A program made the translations under genes and the position numbers. Below are positions 50,801-63,600 of a stretch of DNA of 64,000 nucleotides, piece after piece. Below the pieces are notes generated by a model. That model saw only the letters and a program-made list of their open reading frames with translations, did no database searches and had not been told where the DNA came from. How positions within the stretch are numbered: position 1 is the first letter of the stretch; each line of letters opens with the position of its first letter. Location of the stretch: contig JAYWIR010000002.1 in assembly GCA_036172245.1 (NCBI GenBank), positions 6,014,001 through 6,078,000 of the forward strand, given 5' to 3'. This stretch comes from Raillietiella orientalis. Its lineage: Eukaryota.

Positions 50801-52959
50801 TGTTATTAGGATTTGATCCCTTTGATTCCTTTGGTGATCTTCCTGATTCCTTGATCTCTTATAAAAGCCTGCCATCAGAAAAGGGATCTGATTTGATTCC
50901 CATCACAGATTTTGCACCCCAGCAAGTATTTACTGGAGGTGGAACCAAAATGTTAATCATTGGTGCCTGGCCCCTCTTGTCTTGCTATAGAGCGAAGTTT
51001 GGTACTACTTTAGTGCCTGCATCCCTTATTCGAGAAGGAGTATTATGTTGCATATGTCCAGGTAGGAACATGAGTTTCATGTTGCTTGCATCAGTTTATT
51101 CAGTTCTAAGTCCTGGGCAAGTGAGTCTACAAATTGTTGGTGACAATAAGGTGGTTTCTTGCACAGTCACACTAACTTGCCATTTACTTGACCCTATGCA
51201 GTCTCAAATTAACATGCAAAGCTGCTTACTGGCACGTTTGCAGTCCCTTGAATTCTACTACTCTACAAACAAATCACGTGGTAGTTTGTTTGAAAATGCT
51301 CTCTTATGTTACTGGGAGCAGATTATTAATGAATGTGCGGACCACTCTGTGCCTTACATGCCAGACAACTATGGTATGACTCTGCTGCATCTGGTGGCAG
51401 CTCTTGGTTATACCAGACTTGCTGATGTGTTACTTCATTGGGCATCTACCAATGGCTTTTCTTCACTTCCTGGTGAATTGGATTGTTTATCCACTGACAA
51501 GAGTGGCTGGACCCCATTAGTAGGTGTATTTATCTTGGAGTTTTAGCATTGCAGATAGATGCATGCATGTTCTGCTGGACATCTAGAAATGGCACTGTTA
51601 TTGTATAAATGGAATCCAGAAGCACTACATATGGTGGATAATCAAAACTGTGATGCTCTGACTCTTGCTGAGAGTCATGGGTATTTGGAAGTTTCCAAAA
51701 TGTTACAGGAGAATCATAAACATGTGAATGATCGCAGGTATGGTATTTGAGCTCTCTTGGTTTTCAACTTACACCGATGAAGCTTCCAATGTGCTGTCCA
51801 GCAATCTGTTGCGGATCCAATTGATGATTGCAGTTTTTGTCCTGGTTTGCCATCGTGCTCACAAAAAGGGGAATTCGGTGATCATCACAAGGGCTACCCA
51901 GCAACCCATGCAGCTCTCAAATCTGATGCTATACAGGAGTTGGCTTTGGAAGAGGATGTTTTTAGCCTAGCTGAACAGATTATTGCTGCTTTACCAGAAC
52001 GCATTAAGGCAGAACCCACAGAATGTGATCTTGAAGAAAACATTTCTCTGAACCAATCATTAATTTATACTAGTAATTATCGATGTGGTCATGAAAAAAA
52101 CCCTGATTCCTGCCTCAGTTCACCATCTCCTGAATGTCTAAATTCTCCACATCCATTTCCTGCAGATTCACCTTCTCCTCCCCCAACAACTGCTGACTTC
52201 TCAGAATTTTTTCAGGCTTCTGGATCACAGATGGAAAATGATTTTTCACAACTTACTCTTTCAGGTATGATTTCTTTGTGCAAGCTTATTGTTTAACATA
52301 TGTTGGTTGTAACTTTATTCACAGATCTGGAACAGCGTGAATTGTATCGAGCAACTAAAGTCATTCAGAAAGCATATCGCTCATATCGTGGTCGTAAGAA
52401 ACAGAAAGAGGAAGAAGAACGAGAGCACGCTGCTGCAATCATTATTCAGAATTACTACCGACGCTATAAAGAGTATGCTTACTACAGAAAGTTGACACAA
52501 GCAGCTGTAGTTATACAGAATCAGTACCGTACATACAGAGAGCTTAAACGATTTCGAAAAACTTCTGAATCTAATGCTTGCAACTTAATAAGGTTTGCAC
52601 TTGTTTTGCCATTATCGTAATAAAATCTGTTTTAGGAGAGTGCCATCCCAGAAAAAGCAGCAGCAGGCTGCCAGGAAGATTCAACAGTTCATGAGACAAT
52701 CCAGAAACAAGTAAGTTGTTTAGCTTGTTTGTGTTTTGTGGGTAATGGCTGCTTTTTAATTCATGCTGCTTTGCTTCAGTTGGAAGGGTGGGGTTCTAAG
52801 GAAAGTGGTGAGTGGGTTGTATCTTTGCATGGTACATTACAGGCATTTCATCTTTAACTTATTTCCAGGCTACAGAAAGAGCAAGCACAATGTGTCGAAA
52901 GCGAGAAGCTTGTAGTTGGGGGCAGTCCCATGAATGGTCTGCTGCAAAAATTCTCTTGA
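47876..52959 (+). CDS. CAMTA: Calmodulin-binding transcription activator (CG-1, TIG, ankyrin, IQ domains)
   Basis: Exons 47876-47945 (first exon tentative), 49446-49540, 49581-49648, 49690-49825, 49871-49942, 49984-50125, 50191-50222, 50271-50360, 50398-50739, 50794-51061, 51104-51519, 51559-51737, 51783-52264, 52325-52592, 52636-52710, 52869-52959. All introns are GT-AG and phase-compatible; 2826 nt = 941 aa + stop. CG-1: YRWNTNEEIA...DGYLWKKRRDGKTTREDHMKLKVQG...FHRRCYWLLQNPDIVLVHYLNVP. TIG: GGTKMLIIGAW. ANK: GMTLLHLVAALGY. IQ: VIQKAYRSY, IIQNYYRRY, VIQNQYRTY, KIQQFMRQ. Confidence 0.95.
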
Positions 52960-53399
52960 CTGCTCCCCTTTCTGAAGAGTCTCCAAGTATTGGGACATCC
53001 TAATCATGATACAAGCAGGTTTGAATAAGTGTACACATTAACAAAACAGTGATGAGGAATGTTAGCTCAATTTGATTCCTGGAAGACAATCAAGCATTGG
53101 TTGCAGGCTGCTGCATTCTTGTGTGATTTGACATTTCCCTCTTAATCCTGCCTCTTTCATTGGCTATTTTCTTGGGGTTGATGTTGTGGCAGTGTGATAA
53201 GGGCAGAATTCCTGTTTGGAATCATCTGTTCGCCATATTGTTAAACTTTACTTTTTTGAAAAATATTTGATAATCTTATCATACAATTGTTATCTAGAGC
53301 AACCTGTCTGTAGCATTAAGCATGTTTAACTGTGATCCATTTATTTTATCTCGTTTCATATATTTGTACATCGCACTGTTTATGCTCTTTCTGTAGTTA

Positions 53400-53405
53400 A
53401 ATAAA
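53400..53405 (+). terminator. Probable CAMTA polyadenylation signal
   Basis: AATAAA about 440 nt after the stop codon, followed by a T/GT-rich tract. Confidence 0.5.
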
Positions 53406-53435
53406 GATTTGAAATTTTTGTTTTTGCCTTGAAAC

Positions 53436-53924
53436 CAGCGATACTCAATCTACGGCCCGCCAAACTTCTATGCGTGGCCCACATCGTTCACAGCCATTAC
53501 GTATATTTTTTTTTTGTAAACTTCTGATAGTCGGGCGGTGGTTTTTATGAAGAGCAAATCGTGAACAGTTGGCGCCCACGAACACGCCTCTCGCGGGTCG
53601 TGTCGTGTCGTTTGTTTCAGTAATTCATGGCAATAACGTCGTTGCGTACAATTTTAAGCGTTGGTACGTGTAAAGAATACAGTCTGCGTTCAACTCACCA
53701 CAGTTTAAAAAGTATTTGTGCACATCCATCCATTCTTCCAATTTTTTTTCATTAAATACCTGGGTGTAAAAAAAAAAAATAGCTTGTGTTAAAATTTGTA
53801 GAATTAATTAAAATATGTTTATGCATAAAATTTTTCACATGATTTTGTTATATAACGTACTACATACGGCCCGCGTAATGTTGCAAACTTTTGTGGGTTA
53901 TAGAAGAACGGTTCAGTATCATTG
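53436..53924. mobile_element. hAT (Charlie/Buster-like) non-autonomous element
   Basis: Imperfect TIRs CAGCGATACTCAA (53436-53448) and TTCAGTATCATTG (53912-53924, 10/13 match). Subterminal TACGGCCCGC near both ends. Flanks CCTTGAAAC and CCTTAAAAC resemble a target duplication. Confidence 0.6.
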
Positions 53925-55991
53925 CCTTAAAACCATAGATTAAGTAATGGCTACGCAGTGTATAAAAGTCAGTTTTTCGATTAGTTTTGTTTCAAGATTG
54001 GATGAAATCTTAAATAACGAAGCGGCTTTACATTCTCTGCATAAGAAAATTTGAAGGAAACTTTTTAGTAAATCAGGTTAATGAATGACTTCACATTGAT
54101 CAAAAAGGTGATGCTGCAAATACCTTCTTGCACGACTTGGTACCGCATACTTATTTGACATGTAAATTCAAATATTAAAGGTCATCCGGAAGGAACCCAG
54201 ACTCAACTCTACAACTCAGTAGAAGCGCTCATTCATCCCTGATAGAACACATCCCTGAGATAGAACACACCAGCAGAAAAACTAAACTCTCCCCTTCCCT
54301 CCCCATTAAACGAGAGAGGCCATGCCCTCGTGTCAGTTTACAATATGGAAGCCTTCCATGAAATGCTAGCTTCTCAACTTTAATCATATAATGAACCTGA
54401 AATTCTGTTTGTTCTCCAATAAGACTTTAAAACGCCTTAATAATTATTTAAACAACGATTTGCTATTCTTTCCGGATTCACGTTGAAAATACAAAGGAAC
54501 TGACATAGTCTGAGCACAATGAAGAACTCCCAACACACAGGCGTTTTGTCAACCTGTACAGAAATAATAATTATCGATGAAAAGAGCCAAATTTATTAAT
54601 TTGGCACTTTTCTTTTCTTATGCAGCATACTAATAAATATCGAAACACGCAGAATTGATGGAAATTCCCATCAAGAGGGAACTACAAATAATAGCCTTCA
54701 TGAATAAGTGATACGAACGATTCCGATTTCATTTAGTTTCAATTCCCATTGAGTGACTGGAATCTGTTTGTATTCTCTGGGATTGAATTTCGAATTCAGC
54801 CTACGCACTATACACTCTCTTGAGTTTCCAAACCACGAATGGAAGATCTTGGAGAATTGAGATCAAAGGACTGTGTGTAAACAAAAAAGCCATATATAGC
54901 CATCTCTGCATCATTTCCTAAATTCGGAAGAGCTGGACAGCAGTTTCCGGTTTGTATTTCCGGAAACATTGTAAAAAGTTTTCCACAAAATTCCATTCAG
55001 ACCCTATAGGAGAATCAAGTTATTATTACAATAGCCTCTCTACACCTTATTAATGTAAAGTAAGTATATACTGGAGTTAGTTTAAAGTTCCACATCGGAA
55101 TTGCAACAGAAATTGACACAATATTAGACAGAAATGATGCTAAACTGTTGTTATTTTAAAATTCGAAAGACATATTTGTATTCGGTTTAAATTTTCTGCT
55201 GCTTATCGTTAGTTAGAACTAGGTAGTGCAATATACAAAATTTGGTTTCTCTTCATCAGCGTAGCTTGAATTGAAATTAATCGAAGCATATTAAAATGAG
55301 ATCAAATGGAGTGTTCGGAAAAGTCCAAATGGATCGAATCCCTAAATCTGGAACCATGTTGAAAGAAATACATGTTTTAATAAAGTTCAATTGATTTCTT
55401 TGTAGGAGAAAATGTGATAAACAATGAATAATTTTCTTAAGAGTATTCGCATTCATGTATGATACTTTGCCGATAAGAAAGGATATTTGAAATTATTCAA
55501 AAGAACGATGAAGTTTAGCTGAAGGGGTGAGTAATGGGAAGGCGTAAAAGAAAATCTGCAACATACGACATGGGAAGACATCAAATAGGAAGTGAAATTC
55601 ATGGATAATTCTTTTTTTTTTTTCTTTCATTTCAATTTATAAAATTTTTGCAAATCGCTTTTATAATGGATTTCCTTATAATGCTAAGTAATTGGCAGAA
55701 ATAAATCTGATAACCCTACTTAATAGTAATAAAGCGAAAGCTTGCATTGTTGGTTCACTGCACATTGTTTCCGCATGCGGCTAAAAGATTTTCAATTACA
55801 TCTTTGCAAGTACATACGGAAAATTGGAAAAAGACGTTTTTTTCATGAAGTTACGGATTTACAAGCTTCTGCATGATAGAGCTCATCTTTTAGTGGTATA
55901 ACTTGCGTGTAGTTTTTTCGTCATCCATTCTTGCCATACTAATAACTCCCGGAATACTTCCTAAATAGGATAACTTTTACCTTTAGAACAC

Positions 55992-58900
55992 ATGGGTAGT
56001 GAGTACAAAATAGCCGTTATTTGTTCTAGTAATATGAATAGAAGTATGGAAGCACATGCCTTTCTTAGGTAAGAAAATTACATAAGTATGTTCGAATGAA
56101 GCGGTTAATTGCATATCTTTGAACGCATGATGCCCCTGAGGGTAATTCTCGAACGGTTCTAGTAGCTGCATAGGTGCTTATCTGCTTAATGTTATCCTAT
56201 TCAATGACGATGAAGCACATAGTACCCCAAAGTGAAGTGGATTTTGACTTGAATGCTCCTGAAATTAACATGCCAAACTGTAAATCAACGCATCTTTATT
56301 CCGTTGATATATTTTTTGATTTCAATAAAATGAATGTTTTACATATGCACAGCTTGGGATGTTAAAAGTTAGTTGATCTTTCGTATTAGTCTTCTCATGA
56401 TGTTTTGCAAGATTGGTAAGGAAAAACAAAAGAATTTTATCTTGTAATTGCAACGAATTCATTGGTTACAAAAAAAATGATCAAATTTACCTAATAAGAT
56501 TATCATACTGTCATCGTGCCCTTGATGCAAGTAACTTGATTGACATGGAATAAATAAATCAGTCATTGTTGAAATAATAGAGTGAAACACAATGACAGCC
56601 AAAAACTTATAGAAAGCTTTTCAAAAATGAATGCCAAGCTTCATAGCTTGTTAGAATGTTAATGTTAATTTGTTAAAATAATTACTGAAGATGCACAGCA
56701 TTCAAGTGAATTACTTAAGAAGCGAATTTAAAGAAATGCCATTTTTTCCCATTTTTGTGCTTTTAGCTTCTTGAAAATTCATTTTAAAATATCGAATTAA
56801 AAAAATGCCATGCATTAAATTATTCGTAAAATTGGAATTCTAGATGTTGATGAAAGAAAACATTAATTATAGGAAATCTAGTCAGGTTGAGGAAATAATA
56901 TAAAAGATTCAAGTCTTCATTAGAGTACAGCACTGTCAATTTTGGAAAAAGACAAAGCAAAACAGTAAATATTAGGAGCTAAAGAACAATAAACAGAAGG
57001 AAACATGAGATATAAATTGAAAAATAAAATCTCTAGGATGAATATGAAAACAAAGAATTAAGGCACTTTAAAAAAATTGAGTATGCATAAGAACTCCCTA
57101 TAAAGTGTAAATGAATTGTTTCAAATGTTGTTCAAATGAATTATGTTTTGGAACTGATTGTGGCTTCAGAACATATTTTCCATCATATTGAAAAGATGTG
57201 TTCTTAAGTCAAACATGCTGTGTGCTCAAAATTTACGCATGTTTAAGTTTCAGAAAAATAAGAATGACATTGATGTAATTTGTGCAGTGAAAAACATGGA
57301 TGCTTGAAAATTGATTTATTGAAAAATTTCGTTAAGAATGAATTATTCATTGATGTATGTAACACAGTCATGAATATCTCATCAAATAATGTTTTTTAAA
57401 AATACAGTCACTTGAACAAATGCTGTTTATGATATGTAGTGACACTTTCTCCCTTGGAAGGTATAGGAAACTAACTGAATTAGATTAAACTGTTGACTAA
57501 TTAAAGTAGATAGAACTTTCATCTGCACTTAGGTCTCATATTATCCATACTTGTAACTGCTTGATTATAGTTACCTGCAATGATCACTGCTTGATATCTG
57601 AATGACATTTTGGATGAAAAAAACTAAACACAAATTCGAGGATATAAAAAATGTCTATTCACATAAAATTGGTGTTTACAGCATTATGTAAATCATAGTT
57701 CCTTGTAAACATACAGTGCTACAATCCAAATACAAGTACATGACATTCCAATTCAACAAGATGTGATTTAACAAATTCACATAACACGATAACATGTTTC
57801 ATGCATGCAGGTGTATTCCATCTTTGAATACTATTCAAATTGAATATTGCACTTTTATAAAAAAAAGTCTTTTCTAATCAGATGCAAATGTTGCTCAACT
57901 ATACTTGATTTAACATTACTAATGAAGTAATGATTGCAGCAACTCAACATTAAAAAGATCAACACTTCAATTAGTAACTAATTTTATCTTCTGGACAAGT
58001 ATGTCGCTAGTTTTGACTTTCATCTGTTTTTCATATGAGTTTTCAAATTACTGCATGTATTATGATTCTTTTATATGAATTCACCATAACAGGGTAATGT
58101 TTTTCAGCATAAACTATTTGTCATGTCATTGTTTTTCTGTGAAGTGCATTATGGCATAAGCATGTAGTTAATTGAAATATTAAGTGATGTCTAATGATAA
58201 GTACTTGAAAAATTTGTTTATGAATCTCCACATGCATGCATACTCCAGAATGAAAGGTAAATTAAACAGTTTCTTGTGGTTAGTAATTTTCTCTACTGCC
58301 GAATATTTGGTTGAAGCACAATTTCAGTTACAAATAGATTGAGTTATGCTAGGGCATGAAGGAAATGATTGGATATCAGTGTGGCCAAGGAAAGGATATG
58401 TTGCTTTGTTAGTCACATTAAGAAACGTTAATATACATGAACTTGGCATTGCTTTGTTTTGGAAATTAATATTGTTTAAAATTTTAGTAAGAAAGGATTT
58501 CGAGTGAGATCATTTGGTACTGGAGAAAAAGTTAAACTTCCTGGACCATCTCCCAATCAGCCAAATTGTTATGAATTTGGCGTCACATATGAGCACATAT
58601 ACAATGATCTTCTTCAACGAAATGAGACTTTGTAGGTAGCATAACAGGCATTTCCGAACATGCTTATGTTAGTACCTAGGTATAAGCAAAATGGATTATT
58701 GAACATGCTAGAGAGAAACAAAAGAATTAAAACCGCTCCAGAGAAATTTTATCCTAGCGATGACAAGTTTGATATCATTGTGACGGTGGAGGAGCGGGTT
58801 TTTGAGCAAGTATTGGAATGTAAGTGTGTATTCAGTGAATTGTTGAGTTCAGCCTCATTCAGCCATGCTGCTGTTGGAAAGCAAAACTTATGAGCAGTGT

Positions 58901-59129
58901 CATATTATTAATATTGATATACAAGATAACCATGAGGAAGCTACAATAGGGGCATTTCTTATCTGTGATGTAATTACAAAGGTAAAACTATTTTTATGGA
59001 AGACATTAAATATTCCATCATACCTAGATGACAAAAGCCATGGATCTAGGGGAGGATATTGATGAGATTTTATGTTGGTTTGAAAACAAATGCAAGAGAG
59101 ATATCAATTATGTGGTTGTATACTACTAG
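55992..59129 (+). CDS. SSU72: RNA polymerase II CTD phosphatase Ssu72
   Basis: Exons 55992-56068, 58488-58631, 58680-58819, 58863-58981, 59028-59129; 582 nt = 193 aa + stop. Catalytic CX5R in IAVICSSNMNRSMEAH, plus KKGFRVRSFGTG..VKLPG, NGLLNMLERNKRIK and IDIQDNHEEATIGAFLIC. Confidence 0.97.
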
Positions 59130-59990
59130 ATTGATTATTCAATGGTACAGATTCAATTTGTTGATAGTTGTAATAATAACTTACGTTTCTTGTTCTTGAT
59201 CCAAAAAACTGCTTATTATTAAGACTGTGAAACATACAATATTTTATTTGGATGCTCAAATTGAAAATTATTTTATCAAGAAAAAGAATAGCATTGCTTT
59301 GCAAGAAAAAACATTTCAATGCAATGATCTGTTTTGAAATTGCAGCTTTATCTGAAGATGCTGAACACTACTGAAACATCGACAGCATATATATTTTACC
59401 GAACATTATAAGGGGTGGGATGGGGGAATTAATCATGTAAACTTCTAAGCATAATACATATGAAATACAATTATTAGGTTAGAATCAATCCCCATTATTG
59501 AGTTGATACCAGTGCTCACATAGATAGAGTTGGTTTGGTTATTTAGAAACGTACTTTTGTATTTTACAATGCTTCAAAACATTCACGCATCTGACATTTA
59601 CAGACAAAATTTAAAGTTTGCACTTTAATTTTTAGATTTAATATGCACTTGTTCTTGGACAGTACTAGTAATAACAAACTGGGCTTTGCACATGAAAATG
59701 GGAATATTTGCTGCAGAAGTATTTGCTATGATAGCTTCCAATGAAAATGCTGTGAAAAAAATCGACTCTTCACAGACAATTATTCATTTGGATGCTTACA
59801 GACAAAGGTTAAAAATTTGCATTCGAGTATTTCATCAGACAAGATACCTATTAAGTGCTTCATGAGGTGAATATGTTTTCAGTGTTATCAAAGAGAAAGC
59901 ACAACAGAATCAGAATAGTGCGCTCTCTGATATATTTCCAGAATTGCAAGATGATCATGATTGAAAAACCATGTTCGTATGGAAAAAAAA

Positions 59991-60014
59991 ACACACACAC
60001 ACACACACACACAC
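59991..60014. repeat. (AC)n microsatellite
   Basis: About 12 AC units. Confidence 0.9.
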
Positions 60015-60300
60015 AAAACTGACAAGATAATCTTATTTACCCTTCCCAAAGAGACACTGTGGTATGATCTCCAAACATTGTTGGAAATGAGCTTTGGATC
60101 TTGTGCATCCAAAGCCCCTTTCCAAGAATCAGACATGTGAATAAGTTTTGATTTTTGATTTTTCAGTTCAACCCATCAGAAAAAAAAAAAAAAACGCACA
60201 CATTGATTTCGGTTCATAAACGAAATTATTTTGTGTTCTTAATTTATAGAAGTACATGAGATTTAATAACAATGTTCCAAACATGACTTCACAATTATAT

Positions 60301-60683
60301 TCATGGTTTTACAGTTTCTACAATACCAATTCCTTTCAATGCATGATAAAAGAAAAAATTATTCAAAGGAAGATCTTTATGTGATACGGATTTTACCACT
60401 TCCTCTGCCAAAATACCCCCAATTATGGCACAAACAGGGCTAACTTCACCATTCAATCCTCTAGTTAAAAGAAAGAAAAGATTTAATACGTTGATTATTT
60501 TAAATACTTAAAACGATTTACAGATATCTGTTAAAAAGGCTTACCTGAGCATTTCATCTGAAATCAGCTCTGGAGAAAGTTTCAAACTTTGTAAGAAAGT
60601 ATTTTTTAACTGCACAAGGGTCTGAAAATCTTCATTGGAATTTGTGAGCTTCCTACTGTATTTCATTTCAAACTGAAGCAAAA
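60301..60683 (-). CDS. SAE1: SUMO-activating enzyme E1 subunit 1 (Aos1), last two exons only
   Basis: Exons 60683-60545 (VLLQFEMKYSR...DFQTLVQLKNTFLQSLKLSPELISDEML) and 60460-60301 (GEVSPVCAIIGGILAEEVVKSVSHKDLPLNNFFFYHALKGIGIVETVKP*), joined by an 84-nt GT-AG intron. Matches the SAE1 C-terminal P.CA..GG.LA.E.VK..S..D.P.NNFFF motif. Upstream exons not recognised in the window. Confidence 0.9.
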
Positions 60684-63600
60684 CTACAAACCAGATAATA
60701 AAGTAAGAATCCCAACTAAAATATTCTATTGAGCATTTTCAAAATCCCAAACTACTGCTCTATATGGCAATTACAATGGCAAGGAATAAGCAACAGATAC
60801 CTCTCCATGATATAAAAAAAAATGAGGTAGCCAAAAAATAAAAGGATAATTGCAATCTTAAAATGCACAATGGAAACAGCGTTTGAATTATTCTACGAAC
60901 ATGCTTCTATGAATTAATTTGGCTTACATCTAATTATTAAGTAATTACTGACAAAATTATCAACTTATTTGATGAGCATATCTTTAGAATACTACGAAAA
61001 AAATATCGAAGAAACTTGAGTTGGCTTTTTGTAATAAGCAATTTATTAAAATTCACTTCACATGCTTACATTTTATTTGCATGGAATCAATTATCCATAA
61101 CTGCATTGAAGTTCCCTTTTTTTTTTTTTTTTACTTTTTATACTTTAATTTTTTTATTAGACATTTTAAAGTTATGGATATCGTATAAAATGGTCTAATA
61201 ATCCCAGAAATAGAAGACAACCTTTCTATTATAGTTCACTCGTTAAAATCCATTTAATGTTGTTTAAAGTCCAATTCTGATTTATTCCTTTTTTTTATAA
61301 TCAGAAAACAATGTATGATAATAGATAAAACAACAAATAATTCGCATACGGTGATCTAGAAAGCTTATTTTGGCACCTATGGAACTAAATATGAATTCAT
61401 GTACTGAGTTTCCAATTATGTTACTGTAACATCAAAATCCCACCTAGTCAATTAGAAAAATACACTGCTTTGATTAAAGCTGTTTACTAATGTATATATA
61501 GTGCTTTACAATAATCTACCTGAATTTGATTCTAAATCTCATTGTAGGAAAAAACTTCAAATGTTTTAATAACTTTATGATGCCATTATGAAGTTATTAA
61601 AATCCTAAGTTTCTAATCAAGACCAAACATTAAAAATATAAAAAACGAAAGATTTGTAGAACTTGAGCAGTAGTTCACATGAAAAAAAAGCACCAAAAGT
61701 TCTCCAAGTTACTGTTTCTGTTTCTAATTGATGGGAATGAAACAGTACTGATCATGCTTATATTTTCAATGTACATCTGATATATATATATAAAACACCA
61801 GATGCAACGACCTCAATAGTAATATCACATTATCACAAAAAATAAGGCAGAGTATCTACTTATGTATGAAATGCCTCATTGCACAACATCTGAAGGTCTA
61901 TATATATTTAAATCCATGTAAATTTTTCTTAAAAGATGAATGAAGACTTTTTTTTTTTTTTTGCACCAAACTGAACCTGAAGAAACTTGGTACTTACAGC
62001 TTTATACCATTCGTCTTTAAATATTCTAACCATAAATAACATCAACAATTACAAATGGTTACAAAACTGAAAAACTTCAAATTCCAGTCATATGAACAAC
62101 AAATGCATTTTATACTCAGACATGTACCAGAAATTTTGCAAAAGCCTTCTCATGCACAATACCTAGCAGGCAAAATACAATTAAATCGATACTGATACTT
62201 GAAACCAAAAATCCTCTTCCAGTTCTTTGCATATCCTGCTTGTACCCGGAATATGTTTTTTTTGTTTTTTTTTTGTTTTTTTTTTTTTTTTTACGATAAT
62301 CTATCTTGGAAAGATAAGAGTACTGTTCAGTTTCTTCCATTTGCTCTTTGTTTACCATGGTAATCTGGATGTATAACTATATCAAAGAGTTCTTATCCCA
62401 AATATACTGAATGAACTGGCTATGGGACACACACAGTACATGGCTTTATTGGTGTATGACTTATTTGGTGCTCACACTATCAGAAAACTTATTTGAAAGA
62501 TTCATACTTCACTTTTTGCACAATACTGTCTGCTATTATTCGAAAATTAAAAAGAAAGGGATCTTCTTTCTTTTTAATTTTCTTTCAGGGTCTCTTCGAT
62601 TCGTTAGTTGCTTTGAGGATTTTGGTCATAAGACAATTATACAATGTGACAAATGAAAAAATTGGCAATCAATAATGATTAAATAAAATATATTACAAAA
62701 ATTTCATGTGAACAGCATATCATTTTCAACTGGTTTTAAAAACACAAACATAAAAGAAACTACACTTGTTTTCATTAAAGTTTTTTTTACATTTCTTCTG
62801 TGTTCTAAAATCTTGAAAAAGATTGCCAAACAAGCTTATAACGAATTTATTGTAGTCTTATAGCTGCACTTTCCATTTCTAAATTGACAAGAAATGAGCA
62901 GTTACCTCACAAAAGTCATAAACTTCATTAAAAATCAGCTTCGGTAATTTTTTCGTTTTTAGAACTTCATATTTTTCAAAACATTACATCAATCACCTCG
63001 AAATCAGGACTGAATGGATGATCAACTCCAATTACAATATTTCTAGAAGTTTTTCATTTTATGTTGCTACTTTAGGCAAACAAAAGCTCACTATATCTTG
63101 GTAAATGAGTTAAAGTCTCTATTTGAAATATGCATTACAAGCACCTTTTCTTCGTAATGTATTAAAGTCTTCACCTCAACTATCACATTTTAGTCTTCAC
63201 TTATCAGAACCAAACATTCCACATCTGTTGCTACTGAATATACATTTTTCTTACAAAGAATAAAGACATGTCTTCAATTCTATAGTATTATTTTAAAACC
63301 TACTTGAAAAATAGGAACTCCAGTACACCAATGAATTGGGACCAGTTTGCCAATACGGAAAGTTATTCAGAAGTGAGCTTTTCTATTTTTTTGTGTGTGT
63401 TTTTTTTAAAAAGATTAATTTCAAGTTTATTGGAAATTCACTTCAGAGCTAAGAAGTTGGACTGTCGGAATTTTTATTCTCACAGTCTTAGCACTGTAGT
63501 AATTCCAGCATTCACTTTCACGAATTTAAAGGAGCTCAAATTGTTGGATCACTATTATGTATGAACTCTTAAAACAAAAACCAAATACCCTGCAATATTA

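Noticed and set aside
59888..60136. Minus-strand ORF MSDSWKGALDAQDPK...
   Set aside because: Lies downstream of the SAE1 stop, runs through a microsatellite and has no recognisable similarity; probably 3' UTR.
49541..60544. Search for U12-type introns in CAMTA, Ssu72 and SAE1
   Set aside because: No modelled donor matches RTATCCTT; all look U2-type.
1834..62292. Many A or T homopolymers of roughly 12-19 nt
   Set aside because: Consistent with slippage or sequencing length error; no shared flanks suggesting an element.
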